The notes below the pieces were generated by a model, which searched no databases, was not told the DNA's origin, and was given only the letters and a program-made list of their open reading frames with translations. The position numbers and the translations under genes were made by a program. 64,000 bases of DNA, from assembly GCA_963676565.1 (NCBI GenBank), contig OY781089.1, forward strand, positions 352,001 to 416,000. Direction: 5' to 3'. The stretch is from Halarcobacter sp. (lineage in GTDB: Bacteria; Campylobacterota; Campylobacteria; Campylobacterales; Arcobacteraceae). Positions 61,381-64,000 of the stretch are shown here, piece after piece (within the stretch, counting starts at the first letter, position 1; every line of letters begins with the position of its first letter).

Positions 61381-63103
61381 TATTTTCAGAATCAAATTGA
61401 CCCTTCTTCTCTTTTTCAATTTGTTCTTCAAATGCCTTAACAGTAAAAATAGGCTCTTCATTTACAGCAATTCTAAATGCTGTATTTTTAATTACCATCT
61501 CAATCTGACCACCAGTTAACTCGTGTTTTGCCAAAACTTTTATATCAAATTTTTCATCCAAAGGTAGTTTTTCTGGTAATAGTTTCTCCCATAAGTCTAC
61601 TCTTTGTTCAAAATTTGGTTTCTTAAATTCAATCTTATAGTTAAATCTTCTTGAAAAAGCTTTATCAAGAGATTCAAGTAAATTTGTAGTTGCAATTAAT
61701 ATTCCATCGAACCTTTCTATCTGTTCTAAAAATATATTTTGCATCTGATTATGCATCTTTTCGCTACCACTAGTGCTTGAAGTTGTTCTAGAACTTAGAA
61801 ATTGGTCTGCTTCATTTAGTAACAAAATTGGTTCCGTTTTACTTTTTTCTCTTAATTCATAATATTTATCAAAAATTGCTCTTACGTTTTTTTCACTTTC
61901 ACCCACATACATTGATAAAACCTTTGAACAATCAAAACTAAGAACCTGTCTTTTTAAACTCTTTGCAAGGGCTAAAGCAGTCAATGTTTTACCAGTTCCT
62001 GCAAATCCATAAAAAATAATCCTTGCTTCGATACCACTTTTTTTATCTTTTAATCCCCATTGTTTTAGTCGATTAAAAACTGTTTTATCCATCTGTTTTA
62101 AAAGTGAATTTAATATTTCTCTTGTTTTTGTATTTAAAACTACATCATCTAAAGATTTACTTGTAGAGATAAGTTCAAAGGTATTTTGCTCATTAATTAG
62201 CGATTCTAATTTAACTTTTCTATTCCTTGACTTTTTCTGATTAGGATTTGGATGAGAGATTTTATATAACACATCTTCTGGGATATAGAAATTTCTATTA
62301 ATCCCACCAAATGGGGTTAAAACCTCATCATAATCAACTAAACCATTTGAAATTAATTTTGAACTTTCTTCAAGTAAGCTTCTGTATTTAATTTTTTCAT
62401 AATCATCACTTGATACAAGTTCAATTAGTGAGTTCATATCTCTAATTGTTCCATCACCACCTGAATATTCCTCTTTTAAAAGTGCTAAAAACAACATCTG
62501 TTCTTGTTCATTTAAATCATTAGATTTAAAGAAATCTTCAATCATAATCTCATTACTTGTTTCTTTTAATCTATCTCTAATTCTATTTTCAAGAAGTGTT
62601 AGTTTTGTTTTTAATCTATTAATATTTGGTGAATTTTCATCAAAATTTCTCTTTACCAAATTTAATTGTTGTGCTAAATCAATCTTAAAGAATTGGTCTT
62701 GTAAATACTCTAAATGATCTGCATAACTTTTTACTTCAGGTAAAACAAACTCTAAAGAACCTTTTTCAAGAAGTTTTAAATATGCAGGAGATAAAGTAAC
62801 TGCTGAATTTAAAAGTTCAAGCCTAGACATATCACTTAGTTTTATATGGTCAAAACTATTTTGAACTAACCAACCAAGTCCCAATAAGGATTTTATTTTT
62901 TCAACATGATGAAGGTGTTCAAAGTTTTTTACATCGTAAAATTCTGCTAGTATGTCAATAACTATTAAAGTTTCCCTTCCTGTTGTATACTCTTTTGTAA
63001 TATATTGTAAAATTTTTGCTTCTTCATTAGAGCATTTTAGATGTTTGAAAAATGTAGTATCTTCTACATTTTTAGCTTTTATAAAATCAATAATCTCATT
63101 CAT
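61364..63103 (-). CDS. AAA+ family ATPase
   Basis: Walker A GFAGTGKT, SMYVGESEKN, Walker B variant LLLNEAD, ATTN, LDKAFSRRF. Confidence 0.92.
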   Translation of the reverse strand: MNEIIDFIKAKNVEDTTFFKHLKCSNEEAKILQYITKEYTTGRETLIVIDILAEFYDVKNFEHLHHVEKIKSLLGLGWLVQNSFDHIKLSDMSRLELLNSAVTLSPAYLKLLEKGSLEFVLPEVKSYADHLEYLQDQFFKIDLAQQLNLVKRNFDENSPNINRLKTKLTLLENRIRDRLKETSNEIMIEDFFKSNDLNEQEQMLFLALLKEEYSGGDGTIRDMNSLIELVSSDDYEKIKYRSLLEESSKLISNGLVDYDEVLTPFGGINRNFYIPEDVLYKISHPNPNQKKSRNRKVKLESLINEQNTFELISTSKSLDDVVLNTKTREILNSLLKQMDKTVFNRLKQWGLKDKKSGIEARIIFYGFAGTGKTLTALALAKSLKRQVLSFDCSKVLSMYVGESEKNVRAIFDKYYELREKSKTEPILLLNEADQFLSSRTTSSTSGSEKMHNQMQNIFLEQIERFDGILIATTNLLESLDKAFSRRFNYKIEFKKPNFEQRVDLWEKLLPEKLPLDEKFDIKVLAKHELTGGQIEMVIKNTAFRIAVNEEPIFTVKAFEEQIEKEKKGQFDSENKVGFF

Positions 63104-63453
63104 TAATTTATTTTTTCCTTTAAACTTTTATAAAATTTGTCCATATTCTTTTTTTCTTTGAATCTTATAGTGTAGCTGTTATTTATAATAATAGCCATAT
63201 TGTTTTTTTCTATATTTTTTATTTCATTTAATTTATATATAGTTTTATTTTTTTCTAAATCAACATTAAAACTATTTGAAATTTCCATAATTTCATCTTC
63301 ACAAACCCCTTTATAAGACCCCTTAGAGTAAATGATATTTTGACAGTTTTTTGATTTAAAATAGTTTTCTATTGTTTGTAAATTTGAATTATCCATTACA
63401 TTCAATACAATTACCACTAAAGCTATAAAACCAAAAACCACCAAAAAAATCAT
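63103..63453 (-). CDS. Hypothetical protein with N-terminal membrane anchor
   Basis: AAGGAG ribosome-binding site, hydrophobic N-terminus, stop overlaps the AAA gene start. Confidence 0.75.
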   Translation of the reverse strand: MIFLVVFGFIALVVIVLNVMDNSNLQTIENYFKSKNCQNIIYSKGSYKGVCEDEIMEISNSFNVDLEKNKTIYKLNEIKNIEKNNMAIIINNSYTIRFKEKKNMDKFYKSLKEKIN

Positions 63454-63517
63454 TTCTTTAACTCCTTAAAACAAAGAATATATTATTATATTACAACAAA
63501 GTCATTGAAGGTTAACC

Positions 63518-64000
63518 ATGAAATTTATTCTTTTTATTTTATCAGTAATTTATCTTATCACAGGTTGTTCTACAAAAGAGCCAAAGAAAGAGATTTCCCA
63601 TATTGATAAAGGGAAAAACTATTATTTTGTAGAAGAGTTTATTTATAAGAAAAACCAAATAGACTATTTTGAAAAAGAGTTTGAGAATATTTTAAATTCA
63701 AATAATCTTGAAGTATTAAAAAAATTTAAAAATTTTTATGAAACTAACTCTAGCTATTTTTTAAATGGTTTTAAAAAAGTAGCCCTTTTAGAAGAAAAAA
63801 TTGAAAACTTTGATACATCTAATAAGAATTCCCACCGATATTTATTAACAAAGGCTTTAAGTGTTGATAAACAAGAAGCAATAAAAATCTATGAAAAGCT
63901 TGCAAAAGAAGACAATATATTTGCAATGAGGGAGTTAGCAAACTTATACAAATATGATAATAAAGTTTTATCAATAATATGGTTTGAAAAACTTGTTGAA
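63518..64000 (+). CDS. Putative lipoprotein with a Sel1/TPR-like repeat (partial, runs off the window end)
   Basis: Not in the ORF track; hand translation gives MKFILFILSVIYLITG-CSTKE (lipobox) ... AIKIYEKLAKEDNIFAMRELANLY...WFEK, open to the window end. Confidence 0.75.
   Translation, partial: MKFILFILSVIYLITGCSTKEPKKEISHIDKGKNYYFVEEFIYKKNQIDYFEKEFENILNSNNLEVLKKFKNFYETNSSYFLNGFKKVALLEEKIENFDTSNKNSHRYLLTKALSVDKQEAIKIYEKLAKEDNIFAMRELANLYKYDNKVLSIIWFEKLVE

Overview
AT-rich chromosomal window from a Campylobacterota bacterium, most likely Arcobacteraceae. This is inferred from the recA-eno-ftsB-AMIN order, an epsilon-type nuo operon with NuoX/NuoY in place of NuoE/F, and futalosine-pathway mqnD. 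(1) 1-24.2 kb is a tightly coupled minus-strand nonulosonic-acid/glycan locus that runs off the left edge. It holds pseBCFG with no pseH or pseI in view, a formyltransferase/PIG-L deacetylase/formyltransferase trio, a TPR-less GT41-like glycosyltransferase, a radical SAM/carbamoyltransferase/GT-B/PhyH tailoring block, a NeuB-NeuD-TIM barrel-CBS/DegT-NeuA block, a HisH-HisF-amidotransferase-methyltransferase block, a WbpB-like dehydrogenase, a third formyltransferase, a glycosyltransferase and a second radical SAM enzyme. (2) 24.3-28 kb is housekeeping (recA, eno). (3) 28-39.7 kb is a self-contained module: response regulator, 7TM-DISM histidine kinase, two tandem TpsA adhesin-like genes and TpsB. 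The same TAAC-N8-TAAC-N10-(-10 box) promoter architecture precedes the apparently leaderless regulator gene and both tpsA copies. The tpsA paralogues have identical ends around divergent, module-shuffled middles. (4) 39.7-64 kb is housekeeping: antiporter, bioB, topA, murB, mqnD, a degenerate Fe-S flavoprotein-like gene, nuoA-N, an AAA ATPase and a partial lipoprotein. No rRNA, tRNA, CRISPR array or IS element was recognised. All family calls come from motif recognition by eye, not database searches.
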